Source: Selaginella moellendorffii (Eukaryota; Plantae; Lycopodiophyta). From it: 64,000 nt of DNA. This document shows positions 52,539 to 63,682 of the stretch, piece after piece. Position 1 is the first letter of the stretch, and every line of letters begins with the position of its first letter. The stretch is from positions 1-64,000 of the forward strand of contig NW_003314362.1 in assembly GCF_000143415.4 (NCBI RefSeq). The letters are read 5' to 3'. The position numbers and the translations under genes are program-made. A model generated the notes under the pieces. That model saw only the letters and a list, made by a program, of their open reading frames with translations. It was not told the DNA's origin and did no database searches.

Positions 52539-54801
52539 CTATGTCAATCCCCGAGACAGGGGAAACATTCCAAAGCCGACACCTCGCTTCTCGATCCTGG
52601 AAGCAGCAGTCCAGAAGAAAAGTGGTGAGACAAGAGAGCAAGCAAATCGAAGAGAGCTAGAGAACTTACGAGGGAGCGAGCTTGCCCAGGCACCTGATCT
52701 CATTCCCGGTGGCCAAGTCCACCACCACACCGTCAATGTCGATTGTGTAGGAAGTGTTTGGAGTGGAAGGCAGGCCGCGCTTGACGAGAACCTGGAGATC
52801 CTGCTGGTGTAACTCTCGGCCATTGATCACCACTCCGGTTTTGCCACCCGCGCAGTTTACTGGCATCGCCGGGTGCTTGAACTCCTCAATGCATGGCTGC
52901 AAAAAGCAAAAAGTACCCGGTCAAAAAACTATAGCAGGGTCACATGATCTTACAGGAACTATCCCGATGCACGGCCCTCCCATCACTCCCCAGAACCCAG
53001 CACGGTAGTCATACCTGTTGATCATCATCGTCAAGAACAGGAAAAAGAAAGAAAAAGATAGCAAAAGTGAGCTTACCAATAGTTTCCTGGATGAATCGGC
53101 CCAGCTAGTTCCTCGGCCTTTCTCACGAGCTCGTCCGGTATGGTTGCGCCGTTGATTGTCACAACCGAGTAATGCTGCTGCTGAAAATGGAGCTTGCTGA
53201 TCTCCTGGATGCTCTTGAGAAGCAGCGCCTTAATTCCGCCACCCCCGGCTTTGGGCTTTGGGCTCGTCTCCGACGAAGACTTTGTGGAGGACCTCGTGCT
53301 CTTGTTGTCAGCCACCTTGAGGAACTGCGATGGCGATTCGTAGCCGAAGAGCTCGTGGAGACAGGGCGCCAGCGGCACGGTGGAGCTGGATCCCGCGGAG
53401 ATGGTCCTGGCGTGGCTTGAGGGAGTGGAGGCGGAGGCGCCGTGATGGAACTCGGGAGCCGACTCGTAGCCTTTGCTGTTGCTGGTGATGTTGTCCGTGA
53501 TGCGCTTTTGGAGATGGAAATGAGCTGCGTGATACGAAGCTGGAGCCGAGCCTGGAACTGGCGAGCTCGAGGAGCTCATCATCATCGCCACCATGTCCAT
53601 CTTCCTGTTGTGATCGATCCCTGACGCGTTCTTCATCGTCGAGCCGCCGCTGGAACGATCGAAAGAGTCCACGGGAACAATGCCTGGCTGCTGCTTCCTC
53701 TCGTGTTCGACGTCGGCGAGTGCGAACTTGGAGATGGAGTGGCAAGCTCCACACCGGAGCTTCTGGACGCTCGTCTTGGAGGGTGGCAGCGAGCGAGGGA
53801 CCTCGAGCAGCTTGTCACAGTGTTGGCACACGACGTAAGGCGAGTTGAGTGGAGGATACGCTCTCTTCTTCTTGTTCCCTGCGGGGCCGGGGGTGACGGC
53901 AACCATAGCCAGATGATGATCTTCTTCATGTCCTCCCAACGCATCGGACGAGCTGCTACTGTTCCTGCTCCTCCTCGCCGCCGCGTTGCAGCGCAGATCT
54001 TCTCCAGTCTCAGTGGCAGCAGTGGAAGTGGGAGCCTCCACTGGATGAAGATCATGAACGCACGACTTCCGGCGAAGATCGTCCGACTGAGCACTCGAAT
54101 CGAGCTCTTCCAGTGTGGAGTGATAGTCACTCATGGCATCCAAGTCGCGAGCTTGCCTGGGAAACGTGAACTCGTCCAGCTCCTGCCTCGTCATTCTTCC
54201 TCCATTGCCGGCGCTGCTGCCATTGCTGCTCGCTAGCCTTGTGGTGGCGTTCTTGCCGTCCTCCGGAGCTTGGACTTGTGCCGGGAAAGCTTCCCTGGCC
54301 AGCTTCCTCATGTCCTGGAGGAGCAAAGAATTGTCCTCGTCTATGGCTGCCGGTGCTGGTGCTGGTGCCGCGGCCGAGGACATCCTCCCGCTACCACTGC
54401 CAATCCCATTCCTGGGCGTGTACAAAGGCGAGGCCGAGGCGTCGAGTGGATTCCCGGGAAGAGGGCTGGGATTTGGAATGGCGATGGGCTGCCGCTCCCT
54501 GTGCTTGTAGAGCGGCGGCGGAGGAGGAGGAGGAGAAGGGGTGGAAGCTTTGGCAGCAGCGGCGGCCGCGGCGGCGTTGTTTTGATTTTGATCGGCTGCG
54601 ACTGCGAGCGAAGATCTGGCATGCTTGGCTGCCACACAGAGAAAGAATGACACCACAAAATCAGTGCCAAGCAAGCGAAGAACACGCGAGGAGCTCACCG
54701 ATCAAGACCGTGAGGCAGTTCCCACACTGGTAGATTGTGACCCCGGCCGTGGGCTCGACAAGCAGCTCCTTGCATCCTGGGCAGTGGACGATCCTCGTCA
54801 T
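52539..54801 (-). CDS. EDR4-like / DUF3133 zinc-ribbon protein with XLG-like C-terminal domain
   Basis: N-terminal CPGC..YQCGNC, internal PYVVCQHCDKLL..KLRCGAC, and C-terminal KAEELAGPIHPGNYWYDYRAGFWGVMGGPC..GVVINGRELHQQDL..LGKLAP. Confidence 0.85.
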
Positions 54802-55594
54802 GATCTTGGGCTAGGATCCCTTCTTTCTTCCCAAATGCGCCCTCACTCTCTCTATACCTCGTTGCTCGCTCTCGCCCGCGGCTAAGTCACGCCCATGGAT
54901 GGAAGAGCTAGGAGCTAGGAGCTTTGCTGGGCTCCCTCCATCTCCCCCTCCCTGTAGTGGTGGCTGACCTAATTGCGCTGGAAGGATACAGCTGCAAAGG
55001 ACCCACAATCAATGCCGCGAAAACGAAAACGCTGCGCGTTCCCTGCCTCTTCGGGTGCTCGATTCCTGGAGCGAGAACACAGGGCCAGCTCGCTTAGGTA
55101 TATAACTGTTTTGTTTCTAGCTCCTCCACCCCGGGCGATGATCCATTCCATCCAACAACAAAGCGCGAGCAGACAATGCGGGCGAAGAACAAGGGGGAAA
55201 AAAAATTGGAGAGGGATCTCTTTCTTTACAGGAGAATCCAGAAAAAAAAAGGATCGATCGAGGAGGAACTGGGCATTGGATTGGATCTTCGCTCTTACAA
55301 AAAAAAGAAATTAATCAGAGGGATGCCGCTCGCTCGCTCACTCCCCTGGCGCGGTCAGAGAAGTTATAATTCTTGTCCACAAGCGAAACAAAGAGAGGAA
55401 AAAAAAAAGGTGGACGGACGCGTGCTTCTCCTCTGACTATAAGACGAAGACGACGCGACGATGGGAGATCGATCTGGCGTGAACCATGCATTGACACGCT
55501 TTACGATGCGTGTTGGATAAGGCCACTCGGAGACATTCCATTTATTAGGGTTTGAGTTCTCGGAGAAGAAGAGGAAGAACTTGCAAGGAGCAGC

Positions 55595-56204
55595 ATGGCG
55601 GGAGAAAGTGGCAATGCCGTGAGTTGTTCTTGTTCTTGGGTTTTTCTCTCGCAGCTCTGATCGATCCATGCCATGGTTTTGCAGCAAAAGAGCGATGTTT
55701 ACATCGTCCACATGGCGAAATCGGGCGAGGAGAGCCCCAACGCTTTGGAAGCCAAGCAGCTAGACGTGCTAGCCTCGGTTCTTGGAAGGTAAGCGTGAGA
55801 TTTTGTGTTCTTGGTCACTGATTTCCTTGAGCTTTCCAGCCCCGACGCGGCCAAGGACGCGATCCTCTACCACTACAAGCACTCGATGCACGGGTTCTCC
55901 GCCAAGCTCACGGCGGATCAAGCCAAGGCGATCTCCGGTAAGAAGAAGAAAACCCTCTGCTCTCTCTTTTTGAGGTTTTCGTGCTCTAGCTATGGATGAA
56001 AGAATAGAAAAAAAGAAAAGAGGCTGTAGCTATGGATGAAAGAGTAGAAAAAAAAAAATGGCTTGTTTGTTTCTTGTGTAAGTACCTAAGATTTTGTTTG
56101 GGCGTGTGATACCAGAGCTTCCAGGAGTCCTCCAGGTGCATGTAAGCCAAACATATCAACTCCATGGCGGCGGGGCAACACCAACTGTGCAAGAGGCTTC
56201 TTGA
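55595..56204 (+). CDS. Stand-alone subtilase propeptide-like inhibitor (peptidase inhibitor I9), 4 exons; largely missed by the ORF track
   Basis: Spliced product MAGESGNA|QKSDVYIVHMAKSGEESPNALEAKQLDVLASVLGS|PDAAKDAILYHYKHSMHGFSAKLTADQAKAIS|ELPGVLQVHVSQTYQLHGGGATPTVQEAS*. Confidence 0.88.
55987..56058. repeat. Tandem duplication in I9 intron
   Basis: TAGCTATGGATGAAAGA(A/G)TAGAAAAAAA occurs twice, 40 bp apart. Confidence 0.85.
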
Positions 56205-56809
56205 GAATTGTTTACATTTTCCCAGGAAAGAAGTATCATGTAAATCTATACTACTAGTAATAATAAGGTGGTATCAAGGTTTTGATTTTAAAGAATGGCA
56301 GATGGTTTTGGTTTTGTCCAGGCGACTCGGTCAACATGGATGATGATGGTCAATTCATGAATCCATCAAAAAATTTCTAAAGGTATGGGGCCCTAACCAA
56401 ACGCGGGCTTTGGTGAGCGAGCGTGTTGTTTTTTATTTCTAGAGATTTCTAGGGGAAACATGACGTGGGTCTTACTCAAGCACAAGCATCGACAGTGTCA
56501 CATGCTGATTTACCATTCCTTTCGGAAGGTGGTAATAGTAGATTCCTTGGTTTCTTATCTGCTGGGGAATCTTACAACATTGGGATGTAGTCGACCGAAA
56601 GAGGAAGGGCTGTGATTGAGGGGAGGAGTTTTGGCCCGCAAGGTAAGTTGGAAAGAGATCAAACCAGAGCTATACTTGTCTTGAGGTTTTAACAGCTACT
56701 ATGGCACTGGATCTCATCATACCTCCGAAGTTTGTGGTCAATTCTCATGAATGGCTGATTCTTTGGGATGTCTTGTAGAGACTAAAAGAAGTTCCGGCGC
56801 GAATCACGG

Positions 56810-57602
56810 TTGGGTGCTTATAAAGATAGACCATTTGCTTCCATGGCTGTTGACAAGATCGACGAGGAGGAAGCATTTAGCCGCGGAAAAGAGAATGTGG
56901 ATGAGGATTGGGATGATCAGCCCAAGGTAACAGTGCGTGATAAAGTTCCACCCGTACTTTTGTCTTGTCACCATTTCCGTACGAAAAACTTCCGTGCACA
57001 GGTAACAATGCATTTCAGATTGGGGGAAGTGTGTTGCGAGGCTAATGCAAAGACTATCAAAGCCAAACTGGAAGCCATCCGAGGTACGTACACCAAAAAC
57101 ATTATGTAAAATTCATAGAATAGATTCAATCAGGCATAGACGAGGTTCGCGTGGATCACAAGCTCAAGAAGGTGACGATCAAGAGCTCAAAACTGGCGGC
57201 AAAGGGAGTAATAGACATTATCTCCAAGTTTCGTGGAGTACAGTTGGAGCCATGGAAAGAACAAATGGATGCTCCTTCCAAAAGAATTCATATTGTTGAA
57301 GTGATTAAACGTGAAGATCCACCGATGAGGGCGAGAATGGCTGTTCATCACCCAAACCAAGGCCAGATCTTCGTCTACACAACCAGCGACTGCTACGAAA
57401 CGTGGTACGAATCAAAAGACGCCAGATTCTAAGAGTAGATTCTGTCGTCAAATATATTAATAATCCAAACGGCCTTAGAAATAATTTACTTATAAATCCT
57501 AGCGGAAGAATAGAGTTTGAAGAACAAGATTGCGCTACCAACAGACTTGTGGAGCTCCTTGGCGGTCGGCTTTGGCAGTCAATGAAAGTAAACAAATTTT
57601 GA
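56810..57602 (+). pseudogene. HMA (heavy-metal-associated)-like domain gene with unknown C-terminal domain; probable frameshift near 57420; 5' end unclear
   Basis: VTMHFRLGEVCCEANAKTIKAKLEAIR|GIDEVRVDHKLKKVTI follows the HMA beta-alpha-beta pattern, but CxxC is changed to CCEAN. Confidence 0.5.
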
Positions 57603-57714
57603 GGACTTGCACTGACTATATTGACTTTTTATTGACATGAATTGACCGACTGCTTATCAAGCACAAAACAATTTATCTATACCATCTAGATGTAAAAAAT
57701 CGCTAAATAAACTC

Positions 57715-58752
57715 TCAGGCTAAACGCCTATGTTTAGTCTTGCTTTTGGACTTGCTCTTGGACTTGGGCTTCTTCTTACAAGGGTCCTCCACATCCTTGT
57801 TACGCTCCCGCATTTCCGCAAATAGCCGTTCACGCTCCTCACACCATGCCCGCTGCTCCTCCTCGGTTAGCGTGAGCTCGTAGCCTAAGTCATTCCAGAC
57901 AGGCTCCGGTGCCTCGTTCGTCACACCATCAAGCAATCGCTGCAAGTGATAGAGATCAATCACCACATCCGCTGGCGGCAGCTCCATCTGGTAACCCTCC
58001 AACCCAATTCTATCACACGCCACCCCTCCCAGCCCAACACCCGAAACTTGAGCTCCGTCCCTCTCGAGTAGTAGCACAGTCGACGGGTCCAGCGCCTTGG
58101 ATCCAAAACTCACAGCCTTCTTCTCAACTGTGCCATCGCCCTGCTTGCAGCTGCGGATCGCCACCAGCTGCTCGGTTTTCATCTCGTACTGCTTCACTCC
58201 CAGCACAATGCGAACGGCTGGGTTGGCGGCCAGTAACTCATTGCAAGCCTCCAGCAATTCGGGCAGGGTCCGAGCCACTCCAAACACGATGAAGCCAACC
58301 GAGTCGTCGTCCGAGTTGAATTCCTCTCCCTCTCCCTCGTCTGGATCAGCCAATGCGATATGGAAAATAGCTCCCACTGCCCTGCTGCCGGATGGATTCA
58401 GCTTGATTGGTGTGCCAAGATGGAGCATGGTGTCGTCGGTGAGGTAGTGTTCGCCCAGGCGGTCGAGGGTTTCAGCGAGGATGGGCGTCACCATGTCTTC
58501 TACGTAGCAGACTTTATCCTCCAGGCGGAAGCTCATTCCTGCTTTCCAGCTGATACCAGTGTCTGAAACTGAGAGCTTTGCCTTTTGAGCCTCACAGATC
58601 CCCTCAAATGATTTGAGCGTGCTGATCTGCCCCTTGTAAACAAACTCTTTGGGGTTGCAGTCGAGAGCGTCCCCCTGAGCAGCGGTGAGTAAAGCTTTCG
58701 CCCTCAGACGAGCCATCAGATATGTATTACCCGTCTGCGTCCTCCGCGCCAT
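57715..58752 (-). CDS. Intronless ORF with CRN/Uma2-type PD-(D/E)xK restriction-endonuclease-like fold and basic C-terminal NLS
   Basis: ADPD...FIVFGVARTLPELLEACNELLAANPAVRIVLGVKQY..LVAI..AVSFGSKAL..VVIDLYHLQRLL follows the pattern I recall for CRN-associated REase domains (PxIVVEVAxSxxxxL..IxIK..ISFG..IDLxxLQ). It ends KKKPKSKSKSKSKTKHRRLA. Confidence 0.5.
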   Translation of the reverse strand: MARRTQTGNTYLMARLRAKALLTAAQGDALDCNPKEFVYKGQISTLKSFEGICEAQKAKLSVSDTGISWKAGMSFRLEDKVCYVEDMVTPILAETLDRLGEHYLTDDTMLHLGTPIKLNPSGSRAVGAIFHIALADPDEGEGEEFNSDDDSVGFIVFGVARTLPELLEACNELLAANPAVRIVLGVKQYEMKTEQLVAIRSCKQGDGTVEKKAVSFGSKALDPSTVLLLERDGAQVSGVGLGGVACDRIGLEGYQMELPPADVVIDLYHLQRLLDGVTNEAPEPVWNDLGYELTLTEEEQRAWCEERERLFAEMRERNKDVEDPCKKKPKSKSKSKSKTKHRRLA

Positions 58753-58971
58753 CGCTCTTGCTAACGACAATAAGGTGAACCCTAAACTGTGACTCTTGTT
58801 TTCTTCAATATATAATTATAAAATATATACAGAAATACTCTTTGCTTCTTGTAGACTCTTCCAAGTCGAGGTCCTTTTACATGGTTTCTTTCTTCTTTCT
58901 CAAGCTTGCTCTACATCACTCATGGAGAACCATGTTAAGTTTGTCGTTGCTACAAACATATATATATACAA

Positions 58972-61662
58972 GAACCTCGATGGACGGATTTCAGAGAGGG
59001 AGGTAAAAGAGGTATGCATTTTTACAAACCTTTTGAAACTTCAAAAAGTTTCCAGATTTTTTTTCTTTCTCCTCTTTTTCTTTTTGTGAGAGGAAGAAGC
59101 ATATCCAGAAGAGAATTGTTGAACACTTGCAATGGTGGCAGGTGATAATGCTAAGTGCGTCCGCCAACCGGCTGTCGAAACTCAAGGAGCAGGCCGAGGA
59201 ATATGCCGCGGTCATGATGGAAGAACTGGATCCGGAAAACCTGGCTACATCGAGGTGGGAAATGAAGATTTAGACGTGGGAACAGAAAAGAAAGCAAAGA
59301 AGAAGCTTCGGATGGGAATCTAAAGTGTTCCAATCCGTCACAAGTATCTCAACGTTTTTTCTGACACCACCTTTTTGGTGCTTTTGGTTTGCATTGCATG
59401 GTTTGCAGCTATGGCAACTAGAGACGCTGCTGATGCGAGGACCACACTCCAAGGATCACAGCAGCCAGCAGGCGAGCCAGATCATCACGAGCACGAAAGC
59501 ACCAGGCATCTCACGCCGATTGCAGAGATTCCTGCATTCTTTGGGTGATAACTGGAGGCGAATGTGGGTGGTGTCGCTGTGGATTATGGCTATGGCCGGG
59601 CTCTTCAGCTGGAAGTTTGTGCGGTACAAGAACAAGGCGGCATTTCAAGTCATGGGCTACTGCGTTTGCACCGCCAAGGGTGCTGCCGAGACGCTCAAGC
59701 TCAACATGGCTTTGATCCTATTCCCGGTTTGCAGGAAGACGATCACCTGGCTTCCATCGACTTGGCTCGGGAATCTTGTTCCTTTTGACGATGATATCAA
59801 CTTCCACAAGGTGAGATCACCTTCGAGAAAGTTGTATACCAACTTGGCCGTCAACGTTTTTGTATACTTTGCAGATCATTGCTCTAGGGATTGTTGTGGG
59901 GGTTCTCATCCACGCAGGAACTCACCTGGCTTGCGATTTCGTTAGGATTGTCAACTATACTGACCAGGAGTTTGTAAGGATGATCGGGAAAGGATTCCAC
60001 AACAAGAAGCCAACTTATGTGGACATTCTTCGATCGGTGGAAGGGGTGACAGGAACTATCATGGTAGTATTGATGGTCATCGCCTTCACTCTCGTGTCGA
60101 GATGGTTCCGGAGAGATCTCATCAAACTTCCCTGGCCTCTCAAGAACATGACCGGTTTCAATGCGTTTTGGTACTCGCATCACCTCCTCATCGTCGTTTA
60201 CATCCTCCTCCTCGTCCATTCCTTCTTCCTCTTCCTTACTTACAAGTGGCACGAAAAAAATGTAAGACAAAACTCCTTTTTATCTTTTTCAAAGCAGAAT
60301 TTTGAATTGCAGACATGGATGTATTTGGCTGTGCCCCTACTGCTGTATGCTGGAGCAAGTGTATCGAGCTTGCAGGGCCAATTACACTTGTACAAATCAT
60401 CAAGGTGAGCAAGGCTTTTGGAAAGATTTGGGCTTTTTCTTATGATAGTCGCGATATACCCCGGAAATGTGCTAGCTTTACACATGAGCAAGCCTCCTGG
60501 ATTCACTTACCACAGTGGAATGTATCTCTTCCTCAAATGCGCTGAAATCTCGCCCTTCGAATGGTATGATGCAAATTATGGTTCTTGCCTTTGAAGCTTA
60601 TAATGTTTTCCACAGGCATCCCTTCTCCATAACCTCCGCTCCAGGAGAGGATTTCCTGAGCGTTCACATCAGAACTTTGGGCGACTGGACTCAAAAGATG
60701 AGGAAGCTCTTCTCTGAGGTACAATTTGTTTCCAATCATATGGTTTGCCAACGTTCATTGACGGCCCGTATGTCCTTCGCAAGACTATAGAAAGTACGAT
60801 GTTCTTCTCCTCATTGGACTGGGAATCGGTGCCACTCCATTTATCAGCATTCTCAAAGACATACTCAACCAGCGCACAGCTGCAAGTAAGTGCGCTCAAG
60901 CCTCTTCAAACGATCTCTCGTGAGTAACAAAAGCTAGGCTCGATCGATTGTGCTTGCAGGATTTATCATTCTCGATTGATATGAGCAAGTCATTTGGATC
61001 TCCCAACGGAGCACTAGCGCTGGAGAGCCCCAGGAGACACTCGCTCGAAAGCCCACGTAGACGCAAGCGGAAGTGTCCCACAAACGCGTATTTCTACTGG
61101 GTGACGCGGGAGCAGGGATCGTTCGAGTGGTTTAAAGGTGTCATGAATGACGTTGCGGAAATCGATCACAAGGTAAAACCTCTCTATGTTCCTCCAAAGT
61201 TTAGATTATCAATCTTTTGCTTATCAGGCCGTGATTGAGATGCACAACTATCTCACGAGTGTTTATGAGGAGGGTGACGCGAGGTCTGCTCTCATTGCAA
61301 TGGTTCAAGCTTTGCACCATGCAAAAAACGGAGTTGACATTGTTTCTGGAACTCGGGTATGAAATTTTGGGTATTTTCTTATGGTATTTCTGAGTAATAA
61401 TATCAATCGTATATAAACTTCCAGGTTCGCACACATTTTGCTCGTCCAAACTGGAGCAAAGTTTTCTCAAACTTTTCGACCACGCATGCTAACTCCACAA
61501 TTGGTCAGTCAAATTGGTTTTCACTTTCCATATAACTTTTTGATATTCGCAGTTGTTTTTTACTGCGGGCCGGCGCTGCTAGCAAAAGAGCTACGCACAC
61601 TTTCACAGGAATACACACAGCAATCAAGCTGCAGGTTTGAGTTTCACAAAGAAAACTTCTAG
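58972..61662 (+). pseudogene. RBOH: Respiratory burst oxidase homolog (RBOH), 5'-truncated and frameshifted
   Basis: Begins at an EF-hand exon (NLDGRISEREVKE). [62 protein letters not shown] and FEFHKENF* are present. Frameshifts at ~60355-60390 and ~60770, and a missing exon/acceptor after KLFSE. Confidence 0.88.
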
Positions 61663-61966
61663 ACGAGATCGAAGCAAAAAATTTTAGGCGAGAGAGATTT
61701 TATGTACATAATTGTCTAACCATTTGCGGCACAGGCGAAAGCAAATCGCCTGCTCCAAAGAGTTTGTGATCGATTGGAACCAGAGCATACTCCAAAACGA
61801 ACTAAATCTCTGGCGATCGATCGATCCCAATGTCAAATTCAACTCTAGACTTTCGCGGCGAGAAGATGCTCGCAAAGTCTGACTAAACCACCGCGATCTT
61901 TAAGAACCAATCCCCCAGATTGTCAGGAGATCGATCGCTTTTTCCGCAAATCTCTCCAACTCTACA

Positions 61967-63682
61967 ATGCCCAATTCTATCCCGGTTCTTCTCGCCACGA
62001 TCACGCTGTTCTTCGCGGCCGGGAGTCCCCAATCCACGAGCAGCGCCTGCGGCAAGCCCTGCGCGAGCGTCAACGACTGCCCGGCCATGATGATCTGCGA
62101 TCCCTACGGCCAATGCAACAGCAATCCCTCCAACACCCACATGTCCGTTTCCCCAGTCGCCCCGGGCTGCAATCCTGCCCAATCATTCGTCTACACCGCT
62201 CCTACCATCGACGAGGATCACTGCGCCACAAACACCACACACTATCTCTACAACTGCTCGCCCCCAGTGTCGCGCCGCCGCCCCAACCCCGCCATTCTCT
62301 ACTACATCGAGCTCGATAATGGCTCGAGGTGCGAGGAGAAGAAATACCAGCCGTCCGATCTCGTGGCATCCATGGCCACCGGATGGTATAATAACTATCA
62401 ACGGCCAGGGGTAGAAACGTAACCATCACGGCCCTCAACGGCCGTACCGTGACGGCCATGGTTGTGGACGCGTGCTCGGCCATGGCTGGCTGTACGGCCG
62501 CCACTAGCTTCTATCCATCGTGCTCTCCAAAGAGCCTGGGCGCCACGCAGGGCGTTTGGGAGGCCCTGGGATACAAAATCTCGGAAGGAATCATCGATAT
62601 AACATGGGAGTTTGAGCGCGCGGGAAAGAGGCCGCGTTTGAAACGGACGGTTGTGATTGCGTCCTCTGTTGCGGCAGCGACGGCTGGGATTGTTCTAGGG
62701 TTTGTTCTTGGTTCCGGGCTAGGGATTGCGAGAAGGAGAGCGAGCTCGGGGGAATGCTGCCGGAGCGATTCAGGCATCGGAAGCTCTGTGCCGCGACGGG
62801 GGATTTCGGCGCGGGATCGAAGCTGGGACAGGGCGGATCGGGGTCTGTCTTCAAGGGTGTTCTTCCGGATGGGAGATTGGTGGCTGTCAAGCGGATCGGG
62901 GGCTCTGGCAAGCAATTCCGGGCGGAGGTGATGGCCGTGGGGAGGATTCACCACTTGAATCTCGTGAGGCTGCTGTGGTTTTGCATCAAGAGCCCGCTCC
63001 ACTTCCTGGTGTACGAATTCATGCCAAACGGGTCGCTGGATTCGTGGATTTTTGGCAAGGGGAGGTACTTGGATTGGAGCAGCAGGGTCTCGATCGCCAT
63101 GGATGTCGCTCGCGGGCTGGCCTATCTCCACGATTCATGCCGCGAGAAGATCTTCCATCTGGATATCAAGCCTCAGAACATTCTTCTGGATGGGAAGATG
63201 CGTGCCAAGATTTCCGATTTTGGATTCGCCAAGATTGTCGACAAGGACAAGAGCCAAACGATCACGGGGCTACATGGCGCCCGAGTGGCTCCATTCCACG
63301 ATCACAGACAAGACAGACGTCTACAGCTACGGTGTGGTTTTGATCGAGCTGGTTTCGACACAGCAATCTCCAGAATTTTCTGGCATTCCACCTCCACAAA
63401 ACTGGGATCTCTCCTCAGCCTTGGATCGATCAGGCTGTTGTGGGAATCGGCTTGGATCTCAACATCCTCCACTCCAGCCAAGTAATTCGATCCAGAACTG
63501 GTTTCTTCCTCACTGCCCTCGATTGCCTGATCTCGTGTACACAAGAGGAACCTTGGTTGAGACCGTCCATGGGACTGGTGGTAAAGCAGCTGGAATCTCT
63601 TGTGGAGCTAGAGACCACCACCTTGCCTAGATTCTCTGTTAACTTGCCAACCTCTCCCGATGATACAAAAAAGCAAACATAA
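61967..63682 (+). pseudogene. Kissper-Kiwellin ectodomain / TM / non-RD Ser-Thr receptor-like kinase fusion, intronless, disrupted by frameshifts and an internal inversion
   Basis: In order: signal peptide; CGKPCASVNDC..IC..GQCNSNP (kissper); YNCSPPV..LVASMATGWYN..ITALNGRTVTAMVVDAC..GC..VWEALG..DITW (kiwellin DPBB); TM VVIASSVAAATAGIVLGFVLG; kinase LGQGGSGSVFKG, VAVK, HLDIKPQNILLD, DFG, RGYMAPEW, DVYSYG, RPSMG. Confidence 0.85.
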
